Assembly: GCA_938091905.1 (NCBI GenBank)
Contig: CALKOM010000053.1
Location: 1 to 64,000 of the forward strand
Length of the DNA: 64,000 nucleotides
From: an uncultured Verrucomicrobiales bacterium
Lineage (GTDB): Bacteria > Verrucomicrobiota > Verrucomicrobiia > Verrucomicrobiales > DEV007
Direction: 5' to 3'
Made by a program: the position numbers and the translations under genes. Below, in pieces: positions 46,620 to 56,209 of the stretch; positions within the stretch are counted from its first letter, which is position 1, and each line of letters starts with the position of its first letter. The notes beneath the pieces are model-generated. The model did no database searches. It was not told where the DNA came from and saw nothing but the letters and a program-made list of their open reading frames with translations.

Positions 46620-47213
46620 TTACTTGCCCGCCTCGATGCCTTTGCCTTGGGCATTGAGGCGATTGATAATGTCCTCGCTAAAGTCTACCGCGTCGCGGGA
46701 GTGGAGGAGGAACGGCACGCCATTGAGACTCACGCCGGACTTATCAAAGACGAGGTCGAAGTTCGCGGTCTTGGACATCTCCTCGACCAACTCGCGGATC
46801 TCTTCGAGAATCGTTTTACGCATCCGAACGACTTGCTCCTGAAGTTGACGTTCGCGGCGTGTGCGGAATTCTTGGATTTGGCGTTCCAGGCTCTTTGCCT
46901 GCTGGCCGATGCTGGTGCCTTCTTCCCGCTTTTGCTCGCGCAATTGTGGGCTTAGAGCCTCGTCTTGAACGGCCTCTTGAAGTGTTTGGAACTTTTCAAG
47001 GAGGTCCTTGTATTTGGCCGTGCGCTCATCTAAGTCCTTCTTGGCCTGAGCTTTGCGATCGTTGATCTCTTTCTCGGCTTCTTTAGTGCGACCGTATTCA
47101 GCGAAGATACGCTTCATGTCGACAACTCCGATCTTCACCCCTTGAGCAGAAGCGCCCGTGAGCATTAGAAGGGTGAGTCCTAGGGAGAGTAGAGTCCGGG
47201 AAATTAGTTTCAT
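46620..47213 (-). CDS. skp: OmpH/Skp periplasmic chaperone
   Basis: Signal peptide; KIGVVDM..IF; long coiled coil; FDLVFD...D.S..II. Confidence 0.93.
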   Translation of the reverse strand: MKLISRTLLSLGLTLLMLTGASAQGVKIGVVDMKRIFAEYGRTKEAEKEINDRKAQAKKDLDERTAKYKDLLEKFQTLQEAVQDEALSPQLREQKREEGTSIGQQAKSLERQIQEFRTRRERQLQEQVVRMRKTILEEIRELVEEMSKTANFDLVFDKSGVSLNGVPFLLHSRDAVDFSEDIINRLNAQGKGIEAGK

Positions 47214-47319
47214 TGGTTAAAAATAGCAGTTTCGACTGTCTTGGATGGCAACCGTCAAGCAATGTTCATTATTTGCAAGTGAAACGGAGTGCCTATGATA
47301 AATCCAAATATTCTAAACG

Positions 47320-49719
47320 TTAGTAGTTGAAGTCGAGCCTGAAGTTGAATTTGCCACCAGAGCCTTGGTGATCGCTCCGTTTGATTGGGAAGGCATAGTC
47401 GAGACGAATGGGTCCGAATCCAGGAACAATCAGGCGGACGCCCATGCCGACATCGGCGTTTAATTCGCTCGTGCTGAGGTCGTAGGAGTCAGCATTTACG
47501 AAGCCTGCATCTACGAAGGCGTGTAATCTGAGTCGGTCAGCGACTGGGACGCTGTATTCCACAGTTGTGTAGGCAGAGGTTCCACCACCCAGCGGCTCGT
47601 TCTCGTTGTCCACCGGGCCGACATCACGGTAATCAAAGCCGCGCAGGTTGTAAGCACCGCCTAGGAAATGGCGATTGAAAATGGGGACTCGATCACCATC
47701 GGACCAGGTATCGGCGATGTTTGCCTCGGCGTGGAAAGTCAGGATGTGGTCGAACGGGAGGGATGCGTGCTGGGTAAACGCACCAGACAGGTTGTAGGTG
47801 TCCACATCACCGCCGAGGAAGCCACCAGAGAAGCTGGTGGAGAGGCTTAGCTTGTGACCTGTGCGAGGGAGAGAGTTGCTGTCACGTGTGTCTTGAAGGA
47901 GCTCGAGGGTCATCTTGCTCTCGAAGTAGGTGCCTTCCTCCGCCGCAATCTCGGGAGACGTACCCGGGATCAAGGTCTCACGGATGCCGTCGCCATCGAG
48001 ATCGACGAGTTCATCATCGTCGAGATCGAAGATCCGGTATTCTTGAGCACGGTATTCAAGTTGTAGGCGCGTGTTGTCACCGATCGGATGGCGCAACCAA
48101 AGGGCACCGCCTGCAACGCGTTGGGTATATTCGCTACTGAGATAAAGCTGCTCTCTCCAGAAGACTTCACCACCAAGTGCCAGACGTTTGCCAAGAAACC
48201 AAGGTTCTGTGAAGCCCATGAGAAAGTCCTTCGTGCGCGTTCCATAGCGGAGATTGAAGTTAAACTTCTGGCCGTCACCGCGAGGCGGGAAGTTGTTCCA
48301 GTTCCCGATGTCGAAGTTGGCCTCCGAGAAAGAGACGTAACCGAAGACATTCTCGACGGAAGTGAACGCACCGCCGACTTGGAAGGAGCCTGTCTTGCCT
48401 TCAGCTACTTGGATGTTGATGTCTTTGTAACCAGGCTGACCGGTATCTTCAGGCGTGATGTCGATGGAGCCTGGCTCGAAGAACTGCATGTTCTCCAGGA
48501 TTTGACGGCTCTTTCGAAGCTTAACCGTGTCGAACACCTCGCCTGGTTGGACTAAGAGTTCACGGCGGATGACCTCGTCCTTTGTCCACTCCATGCCGCC
48601 GATGTTGATCTTGCGGATATAACTAAGCTGACCCTCTCGAACGGCGTGGTTAACTCGCACTTGATTTGATCCTAGCGTATCAATACGGGTGGTGACACGA
48701 GCATCCGCATAGCCCTGTCGACCATAGTAATCTTCCAAAGCTTGAGCGTCAGCGTCAATGGCCTTGGCGCTGTATTGCTGGCCAGGGGCGAGTTTGAGGG
48801 CTCCTGCAAGTTCAGCATTCGAGAATTTTGAGTTCTGGCCGATCCGAATGTCAGAGATGGTGTAGAGAGGGCCTTCGTAAACATAGAGGATGAGATCGAT
48901 GTAGTCACTTCCAGGGTCCACTCGGCGTAGCTCTTGGCGAGTTACTTGAGCATCCATGTAGCCACGATTACGAAACTCGTTGACTACTTGCGACTTGTCG
49001 TTCTCTAACATGAGGTTGTCTACCTTGTCCTTGTCGGTGATCCAACTCCAAATACCGCGTTGTTTCGTCGCCATGACCTTGCGCAATTCTTTGGAGGGAA
49101 TGGCAGTGTTGCCTTGGAAGAAGATCTTGCGGAGCTTGTTAGACTGACCCTCGACGATGCCGTAGATCACTTGAGTAAAACCCGTCTCTCGGTCAACGGC
49201 AGTGCGGTAGGTTACGGAAACATCACTAAAGCCTTTCTCGCGATACAGCTCCTCGATATTGAATTTGCCTTCTAATAATTTCTCCTCGTCGAGGGGTTGG
49301 CCGAGTTCGGCGTTCACTTGGTCTGCGAGCTCTTTGTTGTCGAAGCGAGTTTGTCCTTCAAACGTGATCGAGCCTAATGTGCCCGTGGCCATCACGGTGA
49401 CGGTGAGGTCGACGGCGTTGCCTTTCACTTCGGGATCGATGTCCACAAACTCGACAATGCGGCGCTCACGTAAATTGATGATGTCCTCTTGCTGATCCTC
49501 TGAGCTGAAAGGGAGGCCTTCGCGGAGTTTCATGTTGGCCAAGATCCGATTCCGATCCACCACTGCGGCACCGAGGTATTGCACATCGATGGAGCGAATG
49601 ATCTTCCCCTCGGGGGTGTCGGCTGCAGGGAGCAACTGGGCATTAGCCTGATTGGAGAATACGACCGCTAGCAAGCAGGCAAGTGAGAGTTGGAAGAGAG
49701 CAGTGACAGCGCGATTCAT
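47320..49719 (-). CDS. bamA: Outer membrane protein assembly factor BamA
   Basis: POTRA domains, VIRREL, LRGF, GPIRLDYA.P and a C-terminal aromatic residue. Confidence 0.97.
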   Translation of the reverse strand: MNRAVTALFQLSLACLLAVVFSNQANAQLLPAADTPEGKIIRSIDVQYLGAAVVDRNRILANMKLREGLPFSSEDQQEDIINLRERRIVEFVDIDPEVKGNAVDLTVTVMATGTLGSITFEGQTRFDNKELADQVNAELGQPLDEEKLLEGKFNIEELYREKGFSDVSVTYRTAVDRETGFTQVIYGIVEGQSNKLRKIFFQGNTAIPSKELRKVMATKQRGIWSWITDKDKVDNLMLENDKSQVVNEFRNRGYMDAQVTRQELRRVDPGSDYIDLILYVYEGPLYTISDIRIGQNSKFSNAELAGALKLAPGQQYSAKAIDADAQALEDYYGRQGYADARVTTRIDTLGSNQVRVNHAVREGQLSYIRKINIGGMEWTKDEVIRRELLVQPGEVFDTVKLRKSRQILENMQFFEPGSIDITPEDTGQPGYKDINIQVAEGKTGSFQVGGAFTSVENVFGYVSFSEANFDIGNWNNFPPRGDGQKFNFNLRYGTRTKDFLMGFTEPWFLGKRLALGGEVFWREQLYLSSEYTQRVAGGALWLRHPIGDNTRLQLEYRAQEYRIFDLDDDELVDLDGDGIRETLIPGTSPEIAAEEGTYFESKMTLELLQDTRDSNSLPRTGHKLSLSTSFSGGFLGGDVDTYNLSGAFTQHASLPFDHILTFHAEANIADTWSDGDRVPIFNRHFLGGAYNLRGFDYRDVGPVDNENEPLGGGTSAYTTVEYSVPVADRLRLHAFVDAGFVNADSYDLSTSELNADVGMGVRLIVPGFGPIRLDYAFPIKRSDHQGSGGKFNFRLDFNY

Positions 49720-49899
49720 GAGGAAATGAGCTTCGTTTTAAAGTATCTGTAGGGCGAACGGGAACCGGAGGGCGAGAGTTTTGAAGCGAATTATTCTAAA
49801 AATAATAAGTATTTATTAAAACTCTTCAACTTGGAACTACCGCATCCGGGTAGGCGAAGGCATAGCTGGCCCTCGGACAAATCTCAAGGACGAAAGGCG

Positions 49900-50337
49900 C
49901 TAGCGATGGTAGGGTTCCCCTCTGAGGACGGTGTGTAAGCGGTAGATCTGTTCCAGAAGCACGACGAGAGCGAGTTCGTGCTGAAGGGTAAAGCCGCTGA
50001 GACCAAGAAGGAGATCTGCCTGCTGGCGAATCTCATCATCGTGGCCATCAGCGCCGCCAATGAATAATCGGATGCTTTTGACCGCGTTCAGTTGCCAATG
50101 TTCAACCTTGGCGACAAATTCGTCGGTGGTGAGAAGTTTGCCTCGTTCATCCAGTATGATGTTGATGCCCCCCTCACGTTGACTCTTGATCAGGCTCGCA
50201 ATTTCTGCGCGATCACCGCGTTTCATCAGTCGGTGATCGCAAGCTGTGTAGCGTTTCAGGCGTTTTAGATACTCGGCGCTGCCTGTCTTTGCATAGGCTA
50301 ATGCGGGTTTGCCTACAGTATAGATACACCATTTCAT
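49900..50337 (-). CDS. rlmH: 23S rRNA (pseudouridine1915-N3)-methyltransferase
   Basis: LDERG, FIGGADG, HE.A..VLLEQIYR and PYHR motifs. Confidence 0.95.
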   Translation of the reverse strand: MKWCIYTVGKPALAYAKTGSAEYLKRLKRYTACDHRLMKRGDRAEIASLIKSQREGGINIILDERGKLLTTDEFVAKVEHWQLNAVKSIRLFIGGADGHDDEIRQQADLLLGLSGFTLQHELALVVLLEQIYRLHTVLRGEPYHR

Positions 50338-50593
50338 CGCGGCGGGAGCTTCTCATGGTGGCCGTCCGGCTGCCAGTAGAGATTGCCCGCTATGGCAAAG
50401 TTTGGTTTGCCCATGAGGATTGCTCTAACCGATCAATCTGGGATTATTCGAGCCAGGCTCTGAAATCAAGGTCTTCGCGAACCTCATACCAGTGAAGCGT
50501 TGTTGAAAGCCGTGGGTGCTCCATAGAATTGCGTGACGTGGCCTTCGCGAGGCGTTTCTTGACCAACCTCCTCTAGATGGGAAAGCTACCTGT

Positions 50594-51556
50594 ATGGCGA
50601 AGTCTTCGAAGGTAAGAGTGGGGATCGATCTAGGAGGTACGAAGATGTATGCTGTGGTCCTGGATGAGAAAGGTGAAGTCTTGGGTTCAGCCCGGAATCC
50701 GAGTCTAGGGCATGAAGGTTCGCGAAAAGGCATGGAACGCCTGGTCACTACAGCTCAGGAAGCCTTGGCGTCCGCAAAGGCCGAAGATAGCAAGCTGGCT
50801 GGTGTTGGGATTGGTTGCCCTGGCGTGGTCGATCTTGATAAGGGCGTCCTTAAGACGGCCCCAAATCTTGGGTGGTCTGACGTGCCCGTTCGCAAGGTGC
50901 TTAGCAAAGCGTTGGATTGTCCCGTGACTGTTCTCAATGACGTCGATGCCGGGACCTACGGCGAGTTCCGGTTTGGGGCGGGAGAGGGGACGTCCTCACT
51001 ACTCGGGGTTTTTCCCGGGACGGGCCTGGGAGGAGGGTTCGTTTATCGCGGCCAGATTCTGCATGGCAGGCGGTACAGTTGTATGGAGTTGGGCGACCTG
51101 CGTGTGGGAGGATCGACCTTGCTTCGTGGTGGGGATGAGTGGCCGACCTTGGAAGATCTTACCAGCCGGCTTGCAATTTCTTCGGCCATCACGGTTGAGG
51201 CTTACCGTGGCAAGGCGGCCTCGATGGTTGGATTGCCTATCAATATGATTAAAAGTAAGATGATCTTAAACTCGGTCGCGACGGATGAAGAGGCCGTGAC
51301 CCAGATACTTGATCAGGCGATCCATGTGCTAGGTAGCGGCTTGGCAGGAGTGGTCAGCTTACTTGGTCCCGACATGATTGTTTTAGGGGGGGGGTTGGTA
51401 GAGAAGTTCCCCGAGCGTTACACGTCGGCCTTGAAGAAGCGACTTAAGCAACTCGTGACGCCAGAGCTGACTGAAGATCTCAGGATTCGCCCCGCGAAGT
51501 TAGGTGACGATGCCGGCGCCCTTGGTGCGGCGGCATATATAGAAGTAGAACAGTGA
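50594..51556 (+). CDS. ROK family sugar kinase
   Basis: GIDLGGTK, GIG.PG, NDVDAG.YGE, GTGLGGG and VLGGG motifs. Confidence 0.92.
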   Translation: MAKSSKVRVGIDLGGTKMYAVVLDEKGEVLGSARNPSLGHEGSRKGMERLVTTAQEALASAKAEDSKLAGVGIGCPGVVDLDKGVLKTAPNLGWSDVPVRKVLSKALDCPVTVLNDVDAGTYGEFRFGAGEGTSSLLGVFPGTGLGGGFVYRGQILHGRRYSCMELGDLRVGGSTLLRGGDEWPTLEDLTSRLAISSAITVEAYRGKAASMVGLPINMIKSKMILNSVATDEEAVTQILDQAIHVLGSGLAGVVSLLGPDMIVLGGGLVEKFPERYTSALKKRLKQLVTPELTEDLRIRPAKLGDDAGALGAAAYIEVEQ

Positions 51557-51562
51557 AGCGTC

Positions 51563-53155
51563 ATGAATCCGGAATTAGGAGACACGGGCCAAGCGGGCGG
51601 AGGTAGTATCGGTGCCTCGCTTAAGCAGCGGGCTATGATCAACATCGGGCCGAGCGCGGTCAGTATGATTGTTTTCGAGGCAGAAGATGAAGCGAATACG
51701 CCTATCGAGTTGTTGGAAATGCTAGAGCAGCCGCTGCCACTGGCTGCGGATATCTTCCGTGATGGTCTACTTTCACGGGGAACCATTGAACGTTGCGTGA
51801 GGATTTTTAATCGCTTTCAGGCGACGCTGAGCGAGTATGGATTGCGCGGCGGTAATCGGGTTGAGGCGGTGACGACGAATTTGCTCTCGGAGGCAGACAA
51901 TGCCGAGCTCCTACTCGACCGATTGCAGGTTGCCTCTGGGGTTGAAGCTCGTTCTTTGGATGACGGAGACATGACTCGTTTGGTGTATTTGTTTGTCGCA
52001 CGCATTTTAAAGGAGCAGCCAGCATTGAATAAATCGAGGGTGCTCGCCATTCATGTGGGGCCAGGAAATACGCGGCTCATGTTGTTCAAAAAAGGACGTA
52101 TTGTTCAATACAATAGTTACCGCATGGGAGCCTATCGGGTCGCAGATGCCGTCGAGAAAATGGGTTCTGGTTCTGACAATCTGCTCAGTGACATTAAGGC
52201 TCACGTGAATGGAAGCATTGAGCAGATCGTCGGAGCCTATGCGAATGAGCCGATCGATGAGGTGCTAGCTATTGGGCATGAGATTCAACCGGTGGCGACG
52301 ACGCTCGCCAAAGACGAGGAGCCACTTATGAAAGTGGACCGCAAGAAGCTTAGTCGCCTTGCCAAACAGCTGAGCGTGAGTAAGGAGAAACAACTTGCGG
52401 AGACTTATGAGGTGAATGTTTATGCCACCCGTCCCTTGCTCGCTGGCGTCGTTTGTAACCTTGAAGTGGCCGGGAAGTTTGGCTTATCAGCGTTGCACGT
52501 GCCAACCGGGCGCTTCGAAGAGCGCTTCTTGACAGGACTTGCGGGAAGCGACTTTGCCGCGAAGCGTTTTGTCCATGAAGTCATTGGCTCCGCCAAAGCG
52601 CTCGCGAGAAAGTATGCGGTGGACAAAGATCACGGCCGCCACGTGGCCGCCCTTGCTGTAAAGCTGTTTGATGAATTGGTTGAATTGACGGCATTGTCTC
52701 CTCAGGATCGCCTCTTGTTAGAAGTGGCTGGAATTGTGCATGAGGTAGGTGGTTTTATTAGTCGGCGTAGTCATCACAAGCACTCGTTTTACATTATCAA
52801 AAACAGTGAGATTTTTGGATTGAATGACGAAGAGATTACGCTGGTTGCGTTGATCTCTCGCTACCATCGTCATGGATTGCCCGAGGCAACGCATCTCTTT
52901 GTTCGTGATCTCACGCGAGAAGGTAGAATTCGAGTAAGCAAGCTTGCGGCTTTGCTGCGGGTCGCTGACGCCTTGGATCGTGGTCACCAGCAACAGCTTC
53001 AGATCCAACATGCGCGAGTGAAGAAGGACCAGCTTCGTATCCTAGTTGGAGATATAGTTAATGTTAGTGTTAGTGTTGAGGGGCTGGCAATGCGGGCGAA
53101 AGGGGACTTGTTTGAACAGGTCTTCGGTCTCGAAGTCGTGTTAGAGACCGGGTAG
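51563..53155 (+). CDS. Ppx/GppA exopolyphosphatase family protein with HD-like C-terminal domain (divergent active site)
   Basis: ASKHA layout; H...VA.LA..LFD, HE.G..I....HHKHS.YI and LLR.ADALD motifs. Confidence 0.85.
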   Translation: MNPELGDTGQAGGGSIGASLKQRAMINIGPSAVSMIVFEAEDEANTPIELLEMLEQPLPLAADIFRDGLLSRGTIERCVRIFNRFQATLSEYGLRGGNRVEAVTTNLLSEADNAELLLDRLQVASGVEARSLDDGDMTRLVYLFVARILKEQPALNKSRVLAIHVGPGNTRLMLFKKGRIVQYNSYRMGAYRVADAVEKMGSGSDNLLSDIKAHVNGSIEQIVGAYANEPIDEVLAIGHEIQPVATTLAKDEEPLMKVDRKKLSRLAKQLSVSKEKQLAETYEVNVYATRPLLAGVVCNLEVAGKFGLSALHVPTGRFEERFLTGLAGSDFAAKRFVHEVIGSAKALARKYAVDKDHGRHVAALAVKLFDELVELTALSPQDRLLLEVAGIVHEVGGFISRRSHHKHSFYIIKNSEIFGLNDEEITLVALISRYHRHGLPEATHLFVRDLTREGRIRVSKLAALLRVADALDRGHQQQLQIQHARVKKDQLRILVGDIVNVSVSVEGLAMRAKGDLFEQVFGLEVVLETG

Positions 53156-53202
53156 GCCTGGATATCGCTTGCCAAGGGGATGGGCAGCCTCTTGGTTCCC
53201 GC

Positions 53203-53613
53203 ATGGAAGTTCTCGTTGCCACACTTTGCGATTCCGCCAATGACTACAATGGAAAGTTGTGCATGCTTGGCTGTTTTGACACGATTTGTGCAGGGAAGAT
53301 GCCGGTAGTTCATCCTCAGTGCTCCCTGGCCTTGAGGATCTGTTTCCGTCCGGAAGATGAAGGGGAGCACCAATTCCGCATCGCTTTTATCGATGACGAT
53401 GGCAACGCCGTCATGCCGCCCTTCGAGCCGAAGATCCAAGTGAATTTCCCCACGGATAACTACTTCATCACGCGCAATCTTGTGCTGAACATTCAGAGGC
53501 TCCAGTTTAAGGCTCCTGGCCAGTATTCGATCGATATTCAATCAAGCGATGCGATGCTGACCCGCATTCCGTTACGTGTCATGCTGAATGAGCCAAAGTC
53601 GACAAGTGCGTGA
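53203..53613 (+). CDS. Conserved hypothetical protein (DUF6941-like)
   Basis: LCD.A....GKL..LG.FD.I and G.Y...I pattern. Confidence 0.7.
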   Translation: MEVLVATLCDSANDYNGKLCMLGCFDTICAGKMPVVHPQCSLALRICFRPEDEGEHQFRIAFIDDDGNAVMPPFEPKIQVNFPTDNYFITRNLVLNIQRLQFKAPGQYSIDIQSSDAMLTRIPLRVMLNEPKSTSA

Positions 53614-53668
53614 GTTTTGACAAATCCGGCGAACCGGGGGATGTTGCAGGACACCCAGATCCTTGACC

Positions 53669-54340
53669 ATGCGACTTACCACCCTAACTTTCAGCAGTCT
53701 GCTGCTCGTTAGCCTCGTGCTAACTGGCTGCTTCCCAGAGCAGATTGCAGCGGCGAATCCCGAAAAAAAGACGAAAGAAGTGAAGACGGAGGCTCCAAAG
53801 GTCAAACAAGGCCGTGAACTAGCGACCTTTGGCGCTGGTTGTTTCTGGTGCATCGAGGCTGCTTTGGACCAACTCGAAGGCGTCGACGCTTGCGTGTCTG
53901 GTTACATGGGAGGCAAGACTGAGAACCCAACTTACAAAGACATCTGTCGCGGAGATACCGGGCACGCTGAAGTGGTGCAAGTCCTCTTTGATCCCAAGAA
54001 AGTGAGCTATGACAAGTTGCTGAGCTATTTCTGGAAAGTTCATGATCCCACAACATTAAACCGTCAGGGGAACGATATTGGAACGCAGTATCGTTCGGCA
54101 ATCTTCTATCATTCGGACGAACAGAAGGCGAAAGCCGAGGCCCAGATTAAGAAAGTGAACGAGTCCAAGGTGTTCAAGGATCCTGTCGTGACAGAAGTTT
54201 CAAAAGTGGAAAAGTTCTATCCTGCGGAAGATTACCATCAGAACTACTACGAGCAGAATAAGAACAATCCGAACGGTAATATTGGTTACTGCCGCTACAT
54301 GATTGCTCCCAAGCTCGAGAAGTTAGGCTTGGAAAAATAG
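53669..54340 (+). CDS. msrA: Peptide-methionine (S)-S-oxide reductase, lipoprotein signal
   Basis: GAGCFWC, GY.GG, TGHAE, QG.D.GTQYRS and AE.YHQ.Y motifs; LTGC lipobox. Confidence 0.96.
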   Translation: MRLTTLTFSSLLLVSLVLTGCFPEQIAAANPEKKTKEVKTEAPKVKQGRELATFGAGCFWCIEAALDQLEGVDACVSGYMGGKTENPTYKDICRGDTGHAEVVQVLFDPKKVSYDKLLSYFWKVHDPTTLNRQGNDIGTQYRSAIFYHSDEQKAKAEAQIKKVNESKVFKDPVVTEVSKVEKFYPAEDYHQNYYEQNKNNPNGNIGYCRYMIAPKLEKLGLEK

Positions 54341-54341
54341 A

Positions 54342-55748
54342 ATGGTGGGCATCATGCCCCGCCGACTTGATCTGATTCCGCTACCCGCAAGCATCCAATG
54401 GCTTGGGGGGAGCGAGCTTCCAATCGCCATAGGTAGTTCGCCAGTCTGTAGGGAAACGTTGACTGAGGAAGGTTTTGCGCCTGAAGGTTACGCGCTCCGT
54501 ATTACTTGTGAGGGTGCTAGCGTAAAGGCGTCAACTGCTCTGGGGCTCGCTCATGGCCGCCAGACGTGGCTGCAGTTAGTCGCTCAGGCTGAGCGTGAAG
54601 GAAACGGCTTGCCTAACATCGTCATCGAGGATGAGCCGCGCTTTCCCTGGCGTGGTGGACACTTGGATGTTTGTCGGCATTTCTTTCCGTTGGAAACCGT
54701 GAAGCGCTACATCGATTGGTTGGCCTGGTATAAGTTCAATGTGTTTCACTGGCACCTCACGGAAGATCAGGGTTGGCGGCTTGAAATTGAGAAGTATCCT
54801 CGGCTCACGGAGATCGGGGCTTGGCGAGACGATGGGGATGGTGGGCGCTATGGAGGATTCTACACTCAGGACGAAGTTCGTGAGATTGTGAGCTATGCGG
54901 CCGAGCGAAACATCACGGTGGTGCCAGAGATAGAACTTCCAGGGCACGCCATGGCCGCTCTTGCAGCGTACCCGGATCTCGGTTGCGCTGGGAGGGAGAT
55001 CCAGGTGGAAACCAGTTGGGGAATCTTTGAGGATGTCTTCTGTCCAGGAAAAGAGAGAGTGTTTGCATTTTTTGAGGGAGTGCTAGACGAAGTCTGCGCT
55101 ATCTTTCCTTCGGTCTATATTCATATTGGTGGCGATGAATGCCCGAAGACGGCCTGGAATGCCTGTCCCGATTGTCAAAAGAGAATGGCGGATGAGGGGC
55201 TCGGTGATGCGGAGGAGTTGCAAAGCTACGTCGTCCGTCGAGTCGAGAGTTATTTGTTGGGCAGGGGGCGACGACTCATCGGCTGGGATGAGATTCTCGA
55301 AGGTGGTTTGGCGCCAGAGGCCACGGTGATGTCGTGGCGGGGCGAGGAGGGCGGGATCACTGCCACACGAGCAGGGCATGACGTCATCATGTGCCCGAAT
55401 AGCCATTGTTATCTTGATCACAAGCAAATTGACGATCCTAACGAAACTGTGGGGCAGCCAGATGAAGTGTGTACTCTGGCAAATGCCTATTCTTATGAAC
55501 CGTTGCCAAAAGGATTGGAGGGGGTGAATGAAGCTCGAATTCTTGGAAGTCAAGCGAACATCTGGACTGAGTACATTCGTGATACTCGAGAACTAGAATA
55601 TGCGGCCTTCCCTCGATTGTGTGCGTTGGCGGAAGTCTTCTGGTCGCCGTCCGGAAAGCGGGATTTGGAAAGTCTGCGGAAGCGTTTGGCAGGCCATGTG
55701 TCAATGTTGGAAAATGACGGCGTTCGCTGTTGTAAGAAAGATCTTTGA
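54342..55748 (+). CDS. Beta-N-acetylhexosaminidase (GH20)
   Basis: WRG.HLD..RHF, HWHLT.DQGWR, PEIE.PGH, HIGGDE and WTE motifs. Confidence 0.95.
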   Translation: MVGIMPRRLDLIPLPASIQWLGGSELPIAIGSSPVCRETLTEEGFAPEGYALRITCEGASVKASTALGLAHGRQTWLQLVAQAEREGNGLPNIVIEDEPRFPWRGGHLDVCRHFFPLETVKRYIDWLAWYKFNVFHWHLTEDQGWRLEIEKYPRLTEIGAWRDDGDGGRYGGFYTQDEVREIVSYAAERNITVVPEIELPGHAMAALAAYPDLGCAGREIQVETSWGIFEDVFCPGKERVFAFFEGVLDEVCAIFPSVYIHIGGDECPKTAWNACPDCQKRMADEGLGDAEELQSYVVRRVESYLLGRGRRLIGWDEILEGGLAPEATVMSWRGEEGGITATRAGHDVIMCPNSHCYLDHKQIDDPNETVGQPDEVCTLANAYSYEPLPKGLEGVNEARILGSQANIWTEYIRDTRELEYAAFPRLCALAEVFWSPSGKRDLESLRKRLAGHVSMLENDGVRCCKKDL

Positions 55749-55812
55749 ATCTTGAGTTGCGTTGGAATGCTTCCTGCTTTTCCAGGGGGCAGAAAGTTGA
55801 TCCATCATACGC

Positions 55813-56151
55813 ATGTCTCTAAAAGCCAATCCCACCAGCAAGTCTTCGAAGTCGTCAGCCAATGCCGGTCGCCGTCGCATCTGTTTTGAGGTGGACGCTG
55901 AACCGGGTAGCCAGGTCAGTGTAGCCGGTAGCTTTAATTCCTGGAATCCAGAAGCGCACGTTTTACGTCCAGCCGCCGCTGCTGGGCATTTCAAGCGGAT
56001 CGTTTATCTCGAGCCTGGTGATTACGAGTATAAGTTTGTCATCGATGGCAACTGGAGTGCAGACCCCAATTGTCCTTCCTTCGCTGCCAACACCTTTGGG
56101 ACGCTAAATAGTGTGCTTGAAGTTTTTCCTGCTAAGACTGGCAAGAGCTAG
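55813..56151 (+). CDS. Stand-alone glycogen-binding (CBM48/AMPK-beta-like) protein
   Basis: V.VAGSFN.W, L.PG.YEYKFVIDG.W..DP and N.FG..NS motifs. Confidence 0.9.
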   Translation: MSLKANPTSKSSKSSANAGRRRICFEVDAEPGSQVSVAGSFNSWNPEAHVLRPAAAAGHFKRIVYLEPGDYEYKFVIDGNWSADPNCPSFAANTFGTLNSVLEVFPAKTGKS

Positions 56152-56209
56152 AGGCGTTGCCTCCGGAATGCTGGTTGCCAGCGGGGAGACCATTTGATAG
56201 CCCTTAGGG

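Noticed and set aside
53057..53077. Short GTTAGT hexamer repeat near the end of the Ppx-like gene
   Set aside because: Only about three in-frame units (VNVSVSV), too short to imply a contingency locus.
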